Virus genome (UHGV): UHGV-1366603
From: a virus
Reading direction: 5' to 3' (one strand)
Length of the DNA: 64,000 nucleotides
The notes beneath the pieces were generated by a model. The model did no database searches and was not told the origin of the DNA. It saw only the letters and a program-made list of their open reading frames with translations. Made by a program: the position numbers and the translations under genes. Shown piece after piece: positions 17,124-27,432 of the stretch (the first letter of the stretch is position 1; every line of letters begins with the position of its first letter).

Positions 17124-19364
17124 ATGAAAACACCAGTTGAGCTATTGAGCAGCGTCGCTGACCGTGAAGTCAATATCGCACAGGTATCAGGTGCAAGGGC
17201 ATCGATGGTAGGTAACCATATGAAGTCCTCGGTGCCGATTGACCATCCTGAACCGTCACCACACTTTACGGGCGCAGATACCAATTACCACGATTTTCTG
17301 TTTAACGATATTGTGGAAGACAGTGGGAGCATCTGTCATTACACAACTAAGGAAGGTAGACAACGTCGTGCAACGTTTACCCGTTATGGTCGTCGTGGGG
17401 ATTCCCGTGCGCTGGAACATGCGATATTCTTCCGCCGTGCAGAATGCCGTATTCCGGGCAAAACAATGATAGACGTTATCGAGATTAACTTTTATACTAA
17501 TCACGATAACGTGTTCTCTTCCGAGAAATGGGAATCACCAAAACTGCGTAGTTTGTTACGTGGTGAAACCGACCAGTTAGAAAAGGATGAAATCCTGACG
17601 ACGATGCCGTGCATGGTGGATGGTGAATTCGCAGACAGTGTAGTGCTGCCAACAGTTACCATTTCACACCCAGACATTATCGAGGATTCCTACACGATTT
17701 CCGAAGAAGCGGCACAGAAGCTTCACGGGTATGGGTTGAAGGTTATCGAGAAAACATTGCGTGAAGATGAATTCTTACTGGATACCTACGGTTATAACGA
17801 TCCCGAGGGAAATCGTGTACCGCGCTATTTTCCAGACGTGGGTGAAGCAATTCGTGACGACGGCTTAGTTATTGCTTCTCGTCGTTTCGATGACCTGTAC
17901 GCAGCGATTGATGCAACCTTAGGGGAAACCCAACACGTTTCTCCGTTCTTCGATAACTGTGATTACGTGGATGCCGATCCGATACACTATAAAGCGCGTT
18001 TGGAAAACAACCACGAACTGATGGAACGTAGCGGAACTCGCATTGTTGATATTCAGGTTTGGCGTGATGAAACGTCATGCGGTAATGGAACGAATAACAT
18101 TAACTGTACTGAAGAGAACAAACGTGAGCTTGACAAATACGCATTGGCGTTAAAGGACTACTACAATGCGATTGTTCGCTTCTATTTCTCCGTGTCGAGA
18201 GATAAAAACATTATCTGGTCTCCCAAAGCGTGTGTGTTGTTGGAGAAAGCTTTTGCATCCGAAACGTACGAAGTCTACGCAGAGTTTCGTGAAGAAATTC
18301 GCGGAGTGATTGAAGACGCAATTCGTCGCGGCGAATACGGTAAAGAGAACGTAAGTCAACAGATTATCTCTAAACTGACTTCGCCTGTTCAGCGTGGATT
18401 AAGCGATCCCATCAATACGTATACAATTCGTATCGCGGTACGTTATCCGATCCCGGTGACGGTGTCTTCTAAGATTACCGACCGTTCGGGTACGAAAGGG
18501 ATTGTGGGTCGTGTACTGCCAGTTGAACAGATGCCAATTAACGAGTTCGGCGAACGTGTCCACGTACTACGTTCAATGAACGCCGTAATTCGTCGTTCTA
18601 CTTACGCCGCGCTGTTCCACATGTATTGGTCAGCAGCATCTGAACAGCTGAAGATGCGCCTTAAACCAATGCTGGATGAAGGACGTATTGGTGAGTGTTG
18701 GGAAATCCTGATGGACTACCTCTCACGCTATAATCCAGAATGGGCGAACACGTTACAGGCTACGCATCCTACGGAGGATTTGCAGCGAGAACTCTTTAAA
18801 GAGATTTACGATTTCACTATCCGCATTTACTTACCTCACGAACTTGATGACACTCCGGTGGAAATCAGTGAACGTTTAGGTGAGTTTAAACCCCGTAAGT
18901 CTAAACTGCTTATTACCAATTACGACGGTAAACAGGAATGGACAAAAGACGAGTTTTACGTGGGTGGTGTAGAAACATTACGGCTTGATAAAACGGGACG
19001 TGAATTCTCAAGTATTTCGTCGATGTACCTGAACTACCTGGGCACGATTGATGCGTCTAACCAAGGACGTGGTTCGTATCCGGTAAACTATAAAACGCTA
19101 AAATGGGCTGGTCCTTCGGAAGAACGACTATTAGCGGGTTATGGTCCAGGTAACTACGAAGAGGTTCACGATAGGGCAAATAACCCTGCTGTACATCGTG
19201 AGATTTTAGTAGGGCTGTACCGATCTCAAACCCCTTCCAATCCGGGCGTACTGGTAGACCGGAATAAGCTCCCATTAGGAGATTCGCAGATTGACAGAAT
19301 GATGAAAAACATTCATAGCTGCGAAGGGTTTGAATTGGTGAAAATGAAAAGGGGCGAAGAATAA
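17124..19364 (+). CDS. multisubunit RNA polymerase beta subunit, C-terminal portion
   Basis: TDRSGTKGIVGRVLPVEQMPINEFGERVHVLRSMNAVIRRSTY aligns with E. coli beta [49 protein letters not shown]; aaaggag RBS. Confidence 0.7.
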   Translation: MKTPVELLSSVADREVNIAQVSGARASMVGNHMKSSVPIDHPEPSPHFTGADTNYHDFLFNDIVEDSGSICHYTTKEGRQRRATFTRYGRRGDSRALEHAIFFRRAECRIPGKTMIDVIEINFYTNHDNVFSSEKWESPKLRSLLRGETDQLEKDEILTTMPCMVDGEFADSVVLPTVTISHPDIIEDSYTISEEAAQKLHGYGLKVIEKTLREDEFLLDTYGYNDPEGNRVPRYFPDVGEAIRDDGLVIASRRFDDLYAAIDATLGETQHVSPFFDNCDYVDADPIHYKARLENNHELMERSGTRIVDIQVWRDETSCGNGTNNINCTEENKRELDKYALALKDYYNAIVRFYFSVSRDKNIIWSPKACVLLEKAFASETYEVYAEFREEIRGVIEDAIRRGEYGKENVSQQIISKLTSPVQRGLSDPINTYTIRIAVRYPIPVTVSSKITDRSGTKGIVGRVLPVEQMPINEFGERVHVLRSMNAVIRRSTYAALFHMYWSAASEQLKMRLKPMLDEGRIGECWEILMDYLSRYNPEWANTLQATHPTEDLQRELFKEIYDFTIRIYLPHELDDTPVEISERLGEFKPRKSKLLITNYDGKQEWTKDEFYVGGVETLRLDKTGREFSSISSMYLNYLGTIDASNQGRGSYPVNYKTLKWAGPSEERLLAGYGPGNYEEVHDRANNPAVHREILVGLYRSQTPSNPGVLVDRNKLPLGDSQIDRMMKNIHSCEGFELVKMKRGEE

Positions 19365-21463
19365 TGAAGGCGACTCCGGTTCACGTAAGAGACTTGTGCA
19401 AGTTGAATTCGGATCAGGTGTGGCTACTTCGGGGCGTTTACGACGTGTCCTTCGACGATGGGGTCACGTTGAGAATGTCCGGTCGACACATTAAGTTGAG
19501 CTGGCCGTATTGGGGATTAACCCAGTTTTATCCCCAGGTGCCAATCTCGTCGAACATGGCGTATAAGCATGGCGACACGGCAACTGACGATGCGCATCTG
19601 CGCTTTATGTCGTTGGCGGCTGTAGCAGCACGTAAGGCCGGAGTGGATCTGGCCGATACCCGTTACCTGTTATCGCAGCACGTTTATGCAAACGCGTTTA
19701 ACCTGACGGTGAAAAACCTGTTGTCGTATTGTGTTACCATTGACTACGATACGATGATGGAGATTTATCAGCATGAAAACTTCAAGCTAATTATTGAGTG
19801 GTCTAAACACTATCCGACGGGTTACGATGAAGAGGGTAACGATAAGGTAGAAGAAGCCTATCAACTCATTGAGAAAATCTTTAAAGATCCGAGACTCTCA
19901 AACAACCCAGTTGTCATGTCTGTGTTAGACCGCACACTGAAAATGGATCAGATTCTCCAGGCTTACATTCGTGGTAAGACTTCAGAGATTGACTCCCGTG
20001 TGTATTCTAACCAGGTATGGGAAGGTTTCTTCACCGGCCTGCATTCTGTTATCAGTCGACTGAAAGAAGCAGGTGCGACATCGCGTTCTCACCTGTATAA
20101 CACCGACAAGATTGCAGACGCAGAGTACGCATCGCGTAAGTTGCAGTTAGCGGCTAACGTGCTGATGTTCTTCGATTACGAAGACTGTGGTACACATCAC
20201 GTACACAGACACACCTTTACGAATTCGCCGTTGGAAGAAGCGAAATTCAAAGCGATGAAGGGAATGCGTTATCGCTTCGAAGGTACTGGTGGTCCGTGGT
20301 TACGATTCGAAGATGGTGAGTTTGAGAAAGTCTTGAACAAACCTATCGAGTTCCGTACCGCGATGTGTTGCAAAGGGATGTCACGACAGACTATCTGTGC
20401 AACGTGTATGGGTGACTTGATTTATAACCTGTCACCTGGCACGTCACCGGGTCACCTTGCGTCAACCGCAATTTCGGAAAAGGGTACTCAAGGTATTCTG
20501 TCGACGAAACACCTTGACTTCCTGCGTTATCTGCTGAACTTGGTTTTGTCACCAAGAATGCGTGATTATCTCACGGAGTATAAACACAACTCCGTTAAAG
20601 GGATTAGTTTACTGGAGAAGCCGCAATACGGTACTTGGGATGAATACCAACTGGTAATTTCGGATGAAGTCTATTCAGAGATTAGCCAGATTGCGTACCA
20701 TGAAGACCTGGACGATATTGATGAAACGGCACTCCCGGAAATTAATGACCTTACGTTTGTTCGTTTAGATGCAGAAGGGAATATCCTGGCAGAAGATCCG
20801 ATCGACGTTCGAATGGGCGTCTGCGGTAACTTCTCTAAGTCATTCCTTCGCTTCTTCTTGAAGAATCGTGATAAACTCGTATTTCCCAGCAAGAAAACGG
20901 TGCGTGTTCCGCTAAAAGGATGGAAACCGTCCTGGCCGATCCTAATTTATACGAATCGGTCTGAATCTATGGCGGAGTTTGTAGCAGGGTTGGAATTGAT
21001 TTTACGTTCGGTAGCATCGGACAAGTCAGATAACTTCGAACAGTTCTCGGACGAGTCAATGCGTTTGAGCAAGAAGAGTGGTAAGGTTAAACCGATTACC
21101 CTCGTTCAGATGCGTGGTGCCACGGAGAAACAATGTACTCATGCGTTGTTCTACGTGTTCAAATATATCCAACGTAAACTCAAAGGGATTCCGATGACGC
21201 ACATCGCGATTATGTTGGCAATCTCTCGTGTTGAGTCACCTACTAACCCATTCCCGGCAGTAGGGTTTGACAGTGAGGATGCTGATGCCGCAGAAGGAAA
21301 ACGCTTCGAAGATCACAATACGCTGATTGCGATGCGTTCTGCGATTCCGATGTTGCTGTTTGAGGGACAACAGAAGAACTTGGACAACGTGCGTTTCTAT
21401 ACGTCACGTAAACGTCCTGCTTCGTTGTACGACAATTCTGTCGCGGCAACGATTATTGAGTAA
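19364..21463 (+). CDS. probable RNA polymerase beta' subunit, C-terminal portion (bridge-helix-like segment)
   Basis: TAATG overlap with the beta gene; GHLASTAISEKGTQGILSTKHLD resembles the beta' bridge helix [21 protein letters not shown]. Similarity is modest. Confidence 0.5.
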   Translation: MKATPVHVRDLCKLNSDQVWLLRGVYDVSFDDGVTLRMSGRHIKLSWPYWGLTQFYPQVPISSNMAYKHGDTATDDAHLRFMSLAAVAARKAGVDLADTRYLLSQHVYANAFNLTVKNLLSYCVTIDYDTMMEIYQHENFKLIIEWSKHYPTGYDEEGNDKVEEAYQLIEKIFKDPRLSNNPVVMSVLDRTLKMDQILQAYIRGKTSEIDSRVYSNQVWEGFFTGLHSVISRLKEAGATSRSHLYNTDKIADAEYASRKLQLAANVLMFFDYEDCGTHHVHRHTFTNSPLEEAKFKAMKGMRYRFEGTGGPWLRFEDGEFEKVLNKPIEFRTAMCCKGMSRQTICATCMGDLIYNLSPGTSPGHLASTAISEKGTQGILSTKHLDFLRYLLNLVLSPRMRDYLTEYKHNSVKGISLLEKPQYGTWDEYQLVISDEVYSEISQIAYHEDLDDIDETALPEINDLTFVRLDAEGNILAEDPIDVRMGVCGNFSKSFLRFFLKNRDKLVFPSKKTVRVPLKGWKPSWPILIYTNRSESMAEFVAGLELILRSVASDKSDNFEQFSDESMRLSKKSGKVKPITLVQMRGATEKQCTHALFYVFKYIQRKLKGIPMTHIAIMLAISRVESPTNPFPAVGFDSEDADAAEGKRFEDHNTLIAMRSAIPMLLFEGQQKNLDNVRFYTSRKRPASLYDNSVAATIIE

Positions 21464-21466
21464 ACG

Positions 21467-21492
21467 AGAGGGGCCTGCGCCCCTCTTTTTTT
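21467..21492 (+). terminator. intrinsic terminator
   Basis: agaggggc-ctgc-gcccctct hairpin followed by a T7 run. Confidence 0.85.
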
Positions 21493-21505
21493 GTAAGAGG
21501 GGAGC

Positions 21506-23215
21506 ATGTACGAATTCCACATGACCTTTACCAGCATGGGGGTAAGGGTTGAAGTCCCGTGCCGACAGATAGAGTCGGCGATACTTAAGTGGGCAGAAGA
21601 ACATATGCACGCTCCTAAGATGGGCAAGCAATACGGTCGTATATTCACTGAACGTGGCGATCCGTATTACGCGCATATACCTTCTCTCCGCTCGTTTATC
21701 TTCCACAGGAACTTTTCTGAGCGTTTACGCATTATTATTAATCGTACGGCTACCGAATTTGGCATTGAGTATAAGCTTTACGAGCATTACTTAACGCAGG
21801 GAACACCTTATCGGTGTAAGTTTGAAAACTACGGCTTTAAGATGGTGGAGGACGATGAGAAATCACGTTTCTTTTACCAGAATGCTGTGGTTGAAACGGC
21901 TTGCGAACCAAATCGTTTTCAAACCATCTTTGAAATTGGTACAGGGATGGGTAAATCGAAAACGAACATGAAAGTAATGGTACGTAAGGGTGTCAGGACG
22001 CTACTGATTCACCGTCCGACGTACATCTCAAAATGGATGTTTGATTTAACTGAAGACCCAACGGGCTTACGTGAGTCGAAAGATGATGTTTTGGTTATCC
22101 AAGGCGTTCAGGCTATCTACGAAGCGTTAGAGATGGGGGAATCAGGCGAATTAGACAAACGTGGGATTAAGGTTATCATTATCTCAACGGTAACGTTGCA
22201 GCGATTCCTTAAAGAGTACATTAATACTGCCGCAACTAACCCAGTGAACATTGATGATTTCTACAACACCTTAGGCGTTGGGTTTTTGTCAATGGATGAA
22301 GTGCATGAGCATTTCCATCTGGTGTACATGGCAGGGATAATGCTCAACCCACCACCGTCTGTTGAGATGTCTGCGACGTTACAGCCGGGTGAATCAAAAG
22401 CGTTTTTAGCCGAACGGTATCGAGAGCGTTTTCCACAGGAGTCACGTATATGTATTCCGATCATTCCTGCTGTACACGTTAAGGCGTTGTATTACAGCAT
22501 TGAGAATAAACGGTTTGCGTGGTGGGCGAATAAGATGACGCCGTATAACCACAAGCTATTCGAAGGTAAGTTAATAAGTGAGAACATGCACTTATCTTAC
22601 GCGGATATGGTGTGGGACGTCATCGAGCGAACGTATCTGGCGGGTTACCAACCTGGTCAGAAAGTGTTGGTGTTGTTTGCAACCGTTGCGATGTGTGAGT
22701 TCTTTACAGAGTACGTGCGAGAGAAACTGGCACAGTCTGATAAGTTCCACGCGCTGATGGTTGCGAAATACAACGCGGGGGATTCGTATGACGACTTTAT
22801 TCAAGCGGATTTCTCGATTTCAACACCAGGGAAAGCAGGCACTGCGGTCGACAAACCGGGGTTGGTTCACATGTACATTACCACCCCTGTGGAAGACCAG
22901 CAGTTAAACCGTCAGATGGCCGGTCGTCCGCGTAAGATACTTCACAACGATTGGGGTGAACTCGATCCTGTTGTGTGGTTATTCCATTCACTCTCGATAG
23001 GGAAACACTGCAATTACTTGAATGCGCGTCAAAAGTCGCTGAGTGATTCTGTGTTGTCGTTTAAGATAGCCTCTTCACCGTATGTTGTAAGGAAAACCAA
23101 TGTTACTACCGCCGCAGCCGACCGAGCCAACAGCACCGTATGCCGGGCTGAACTTAGCAAGTTTTCTCGAAAAGGTTTTAAAGGCATACCCAGACGTCGA
23201 AAACGTCGTCGATAA
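21506..23215 (+). CDS. SF2 DExH-box helicase
   Basis: Motif I GTGMGKSKT, motif II MDEVHEH, motif III SAT, motif VI QMAGRPRK, in canonical order. The 3' end overlaps the next ORF by about 116 nt, so the true C-terminus is uncertain. Confidence 0.75.
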   Translation: MYEFHMTFTSMGVRVEVPCRQIESAILKWAEEHMHAPKMGKQYGRIFTERGDPYYAHIPSLRSFIFHRNFSERLRIIINRTATEFGIEYKLYEHYLTQGTPYRCKFENYGFKMVEDDEKSRFFYQNAVVETACEPNRFQTIFEIGTGMGKSKTNMKVMVRKGVRTLLIHRPTYISKWMFDLTEDPTGLRESKDDVLVIQGVQAIYEALEMGESGELDKRGIKVIIISTVTLQRFLKEYINTAATNPVNIDDFYNTLGVGFLSMDEVHEHFHLVYMAGIMLNPPPSVEMSATLQPGESKAFLAERYRERFPQESRICIPIIPAVHVKALYYSIENKRFAWWANKMTPYNHKLFEGKLISENMHLSYADMVWDVIERTYLAGYQPGQKVLVLFATVAMCEFFTEYVREKLAQSDKFHALMVAKYNAGDSYDDFIQADFSISTPGKAGTAVDKPGLVHMYITTPVEDQQLNRQMAGRPRKILHNDWGELDPVVWLFHSLSIGKHCNYLNARQKSLSDSVLSFKIASSPYVVRKTNVTTAAADRANSTVCRAELSKFSRKGFKGIPRRRKRRR

Positions 23216-23483
23216 ACTGTGTACCGACCCAACGATGTCCGTGGCGTTCCACTACTATATGGTAACGGAACACTTCGCCGGTATGCAGATTTTCCAACGT
23301 GGTAAATGTTATTACATTACGCGTAACTCCAGTATCCGCAACACCTCGTCTTACGAGCTTTACAGCTGGGTACTGTGGTCTGAAAACCCTGCGGGCAATA
23401 TTGATGAAAACCCGAAGGTGGCTTATCGACTATACTCTGAGAAATGGCACAGTTGGGTAGCCGTTCCTCACGATAGCAATTAA
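23100..23483 (+). CDS. hypothetical protein
   Basis: aagga RBS before ATG; terminator downstream; overlaps the helicase ORF tail. Confidence 0.6.
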   Translation: MLLPPQPTEPTAPYAGLNLASFLEKVLKAYPDVENVVDKLCTDPTMSVAFHYYMVTEHFAGMQIFQRGKCYYITRNSSIRNTSSYELYSWVLWSENPAGNIDENPKVAYRLYSEKWHSWVAVPHDSN

Positions 23484-23495
23484 AAAGTACAGAAC

Positions 23496-23528
23496 GGGTG
23501 TATATTGTGTACACCCTTTCTTTTTTTG
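23496..23528 (+). terminator. intrinsic terminator
   Basis: gggtgta...tacaccc hairpin followed by a T-rich run (tttctttttttt). Confidence 0.85.
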
Positions 23529-23544
23529 TTAAAGGAATATTAAA

Positions 23545-24117
23545 ATGTCACGTCGTAAGAAGAAACCCGCTTATAACCCACGTACTCTGGCGAAAAAAGA
23601 ACTTCGCGAAAGCGTGAAATCAGTGTATAAACTACTGGTTATCTTTGAAGAACAGATGAAGATTCTGGCGGAGCGTATCGACAAAGAACGTGAAGTCTTG
23701 GAAGCTCTGGAGGAGCCAGAATACAAAGCCTTTGCTATTAAAGCGTTGGACGAAGCCAAAGCTGCGTTCGTTGGCCTGATGGCAGAAGGGAAAGAAAAAC
23801 TGGGTGCAAAACTTATTGAGATCGATAAGGTTGCAACCAATGCAAAAACCATGCTGGAAAACAACAGCTGGGCGTCTGTGAAAGACGAGTTTAGCGTGGA
23901 AAGCATGAACGTAACCACGTTAGAGACCGAAGCCGTGTGGCTGGGTAAAGATATCCAGGGCGCTGCCATTGAAATCCTGTCGCTGTATAACGGCCGCGCT
24001 GATTTTGTAAAACGTGCTATGCACCAGGGCCACACCTTCGCAGAAGCCTACGAACTGCTTCAACAAGCTGAAGCCGCAGTAAAACAACCCGACACTGAAG
24101 TCGTTACCGAGGTATAA
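23545..24117 (+). CDS. hypothetical protein (basic N-terminus, predicted coiled coil)
   Basis: aaaggaat RBS; MSRRKKKP...; E/K/A-rich heptad-like sequence. Confidence 0.8.
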   Translation: MSRRKKKPAYNPRTLAKKELRESVKSVYKLLVIFEEQMKILAERIDKEREVLEALEEPEYKAFAIKALDEAKAAFVGLMAEGKEKLGAKLIEIDKVATNAKTMLENNSWASVKDEFSVESMNVTTLETEAVWLGKDIQGAAIEILSLYNGRADFVKRAMHQGHTFAEAYELLQQAEAAVKQPDTEVVTEV

Positions 24118-24119
24118 AA

Positions 24120-26078
24120 ATGTCTGATTCATTAGACCAACGTCCTGGCAATGGACGCCGTCGTCTACAGACGGAACCTGTACAGGTTCACATCCCTGAG
24201 CTCGACTACAGCACTATGTCAGCGGACGATGGGATTATGGCCATTAAACGTGCCAACCCACAACTGTCCTTTGCAGAAGCTGAAGAAGCGTACAAAGGAC
24301 TGAACGTGGTGAAAGAAGAACCTATTCTTCAACCCCCTACGTTTGAAGAAGAACCCCTTCCTGAATCTCTACAGACCGAACTGACAGGGCATCCCGTCAT
24401 TGCTGAAGTTGTAGAGCGTAAAGAAGTGGTCGTTGAAGAACGTAAGCCGGAACCTGTCCTGGTAGCGGAGAAAACGCGGGAAGAATATGTTCCACCGGCT
24501 CCTGAACCTCAGGCACCTGCGGCGGATCATGAACCAGAAGCGACTCCCGCAGTAAAAGAGAAAGCTTCTACCGATCGTATCAACTTCGGCGATCAGCCCG
24601 TTCACGAAGAGTTCTCGGAATTGGAAGAGGATTCAGAAGCGGCGATTATGGCCAGCTTCCGTACGCTTATCGGTCTTTGCCAGGACCCGAACCTGGTTGG
24701 AAACGATCTGAAGAAATTCTTCTCAAGTATTCCAACGAGCAAAGACGGGCGTTTGTTGTTCAAGTCCGAAGAACAGCGTGATTTGTACGAACGTCTGCGT
24801 CGTGCTCTGAACATGACACCACCGCGTTTGCAGAATAACTTACAAGCGTTTGATGTGGCGTTGTCACGTGACGACACAGCGTGGGAACAGCGTGTACAGT
24901 TGCCGGGGATGAATAAACCGGTAGGTCTGATCAGTACCCGTCTCAACCAGCAGACAGGCGCAATTGCAGCCCTGCGCCGTCGTCGTAAATCCGGTATTCC
25001 TAACTGGGTATGGCTACCTGCTACGGGTATCTTCGTCGGCTTCCGTGCACCGTTGGAGCGCGAGATTTGTGACTTCGACATTGAACTGGCGTTAGAAACC
25101 GCGAAGATTGGGATGCAGACTTACGGTCTGATGCTCTCTGCATCTTCTGGTGTGTACTTAAGCCACATGATCGAATTCGCTTTACGGTTTGTTACCGATT
25201 GCAGCTTAGACTGCGAAGGTAACGACATGAAGACCGTACTGATGGATACCATCGACATTGCAGACTACTGGTTACTGTTAATCGGCGTTATGCAGGCGAA
25301 GTTCCCAGGTGGTTTACCGTGGACACTGATTTGCGGTCACGAAGGTTGTGGTCATCAGGAAGACGTTCGTCTGAACTTGGCACGTTGCATCCGTATGGGG
25401 ACTTCTCTGTATACGGACATTCAGCGTAACCTGTGGGCACTTCAACGCGGTAAAGACGACGCGACTATTACCCGTGCTGACCAGCGTAAGTTTGTTGAAG
25501 AACACATCAAAGACCCATCTGCGATTTTCGAACAAGACGGGATCATCGTTAAGTTCGGTCGTTCTACTTTGGGTAAATTCTTCGACAACACCGAACGTTG
25601 GATTGAAGAAACTAACGCGGCCACAACCTCTGCTTTGGCAGAGAAGGGCACAGAACGTGAGCGTGAAGACCACTTACGCTTAACCGCTGAGGCACGTCGT
25701 CTAACCCGTTATGCGCACATGGTTGAATCTATCACCGTTATGGAAGAAATCTACGACGGTGAAGAATCCCACGAAGAACCTATCGTAGAGAAAGATTACG
25801 ATAAGATCGTCCAGATGCTGGAAGAACTGTCGTCCGATCGTAAATACGTGGCTAACTTCGAAGGCGCTATTGCGACGTACAACGACCGTAGCCGCCTGGC
25901 GGTGTTCGGGTATATGGGTCAACGTTGCCCAGCATGTGGTAAAGCCGATGAAGGTGAGAAAGAAGGTGTGTATCGTGGTATCGTAACGATTTCCCCGGAC
26001 CGCGTTTTTTTCGAGCTATCTCGAGTGGTGTTCGAGATTCAGCGGTTTATGAGGGATCAATTCGGCGTTACTGGCTAG
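24120..26078 (+). CDS. hypothetical protein (acidic Pro/Glu-rich N-terminal region, Cys clusters)
   Basis: 652-aa ORF; PE-rich low-complexity N-terminus; GHEGCGH and CPACG motifs. Confidence 0.8.
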   Translation: MSDSLDQRPGNGRRRLQTEPVQVHIPELDYSTMSADDGIMAIKRANPQLSFAEAEEAYKGLNVVKEEPILQPPTFEEEPLPESLQTELTGHPVIAEVVERKEVVVEERKPEPVLVAEKTREEYVPPAPEPQAPAADHEPEATPAVKEKASTDRINFGDQPVHEEFSELEEDSEAAIMASFRTLIGLCQDPNLVGNDLKKFFSSIPTSKDGRLLFKSEEQRDLYERLRRALNMTPPRLQNNLQAFDVALSRDDTAWEQRVQLPGMNKPVGLISTRLNQQTGAIAALRRRRKSGIPNWVWLPATGIFVGFRAPLEREICDFDIELALETAKIGMQTYGLMLSASSGVYLSHMIEFALRFVTDCSLDCEGNDMKTVLMDTIDIADYWLLLIGVMQAKFPGGLPWTLICGHEGCGHQEDVRLNLARCIRMGTSLYTDIQRNLWALQRGKDDATITRADQRKFVEEHIKDPSAIFEQDGIIVKFGRSTLGKFFDNTERWIEETNAATTSALAEKGTEREREDHLRLTAEARRLTRYAHMVESITVMEEIYDGEESHEEPIVEKDYDKIVQMLEELSSDRKYVANFEGAIATYNDRSRLAVFGYMGQRCPACGKADEGEKEGVYRGIVTISPDRVFFELSRVVFEIQRFMRDQFGVTG

Positions 26079-26191
26079 ACCCGAGAGAGATTCCTTCAGA
26101 CCACGTCATTAACACGCTTAAGTTAGACACCACCTCTTTATTCAAGCAACGCAGCACCCGCCCTATCACTTATCAAGAAGCGCATGACGAA

Positions 26192-26500
26192 TTGTTAGGT
26201 GCCTACGATTTGTCGATAGGGTTGGACACCGGTTCAAAGCACGTCGGTTTGTCAGATTTCGAAAACCCGGAATACGGGAGCTTACACGAAATCTGGATGG
26301 AAGTTTATTTGCGTGAGCAGATAAATGAACATTATCGACTCTCGTTTGACGAGTGGCTTAATCGGCCTCGTTGGGAGATTATGATGATGCTCCGTGTGCT
26401 TAATCGTCGTAAAGCGTCGATTAAGAAAATCATGAACGATGTTGCTGGCAGTGACCCAGAACTGCAAAATCTTGAGAAAGAGCTTAAGTTGAAAGGTTGA
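26192..26500 (+). CDS. hypothetical small protein (start uncertain)
   Basis: ORF with a TTG start and no clear RBS, but followed by a strong terminator. Confidence 0.4.
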   Translation: MLGAYDLSIGLDTGSKHVGLSDFENPEYGSLHEIWMEVYLREQINEHYRLSFDEWLNRPRWEIMMMLRVLNRRKASIKKIMNDVAGSDPELQNLEKELKLKG

Positions 26501-26504
26501 ATTT

Positions 26505-26546
26505 AAGGGAGTCTTAATAGACTCCCTTAGCTTTTTCTTTTTTTTT
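26505..26546 (+). terminator. intrinsic terminator
   Basis: Perfect 10-bp stem aagggagtct/agactccctt with taat loop, followed by a long T-rich run. Confidence 0.85.
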
Positions 26547-26580
26547 GCTTTGGTATGAACCCCTTGTATTGGAAAAGGCT

Positions 26581-27432
26581 ATGATTGACATTTATACAGA
26601 TTACGCCGCCGTTCTTACCGTCAATCGTTCGGAGGAACGTGCTGCACCGTTTCTGGATTTAGTCACGCTTTGCATGGACTACGGATACGACGTTGCGTTA
26701 AGTGATGTGTACTGGCAACCGTCTTCTGACCCGGCAGACGAAACGGTTCGATTAGAAGGCATTATCGTTAAGTGTGCGGTAGCGTTAGGTAACCGTCTAG
26801 GGATAGCGTTAAATCCCCAGGAAGTTTACCATAAACCTAAAGAGACCGTACGTATTCTGGACGGTATTACTTCCAAGTTTGAAGAGTTTGAAGACACCGA
26901 TACGCTTTACGGTATCGTGATGTCAGGCGAGACGCCGGAATACATTCTGGAAAGTATCTGTCGTTATGTTTACGGTGACGACAATATTCATTTCGAAAAT
27001 TTGGTTGTTCGGGTGTCTCCTCGTGTAATGACCGTGATGAGAAACTACCTGTCTTCTGTGACCGTAGACGAACAATTAGCGGCAGGTAACGACAAACGTT
27101 TGTCTCGTATCGCCGATTACCTTCGTTTATATCCTCAAAACCCATCAGCATTCGTATTCCTTAACTTACCAGACCTGCCTGATTTGACCGTGGTTCAGCA
27201 GTCGCTGGTCTTCGATATCGAGGACTACACGGAAGCCGAGCTGTTGGAAATGTATGCAGTGGGCTTAACGATTATCGATAACGAGGATTACGAAGATGCG
27301 TATGGTGCGTTATCAGAGAACCTGGAGAAGCTCAATAACGAAGGGTTAAAACCGATCCCTATCTTGCAACCTGCTCTGGAAAGCTTGAAGGAGATTTATA
27401 AGGTAGCGGAGGAAGACAATGACGAGATTTGA
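26581..27432 (+). CDS. hypothetical protein
   Basis: Track ORF starts at TTG 26545 inside the terminator T-tract; the ATG at 26581 with aaagg RBS is preferred. Confidence 0.75.
   Translation: MIDIYTDYAAVLTVNRSEERAAPFLDLVTLCMDYGYDVALSDVYWQPSSDPADETVRLEGIIVKCAVALGNRLGIALNPQEVYHKPKETVRILDGITSKFEEFEDTDTLYGIVMSGETPEYILESICRYVYGDDNIHFENLVVRVSPRVMTVMRNYLSSVTVDEQLAAGNDKRLSRIADYLRLYPQNPSAFVFLNLPDLPDLTVVQQSLVFDIEDYTEAELLEMYAVGLTIIDNEDYEDAYGALSENLEKLNNEGLKPIPILQPALESLKEIYKVAEEDNDEI

Noticed and set aside
26005-26011. T_TTT_TTC slippery heptamer in gene 24120..26078 as a programmed -1 frameshift site
   Set aside because: The -1 frame runs into a stop after about 14 codons and no downstream structure or extended ORF is present; likely coincidental T-run.
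26192-26500. Extending the 102-aa ORF upstream to join gene 24120..26078
   Set aside because: The two are in different frames and no intron-like elements or frameshift signals connect them; kept as a low-confidence separate small gene.
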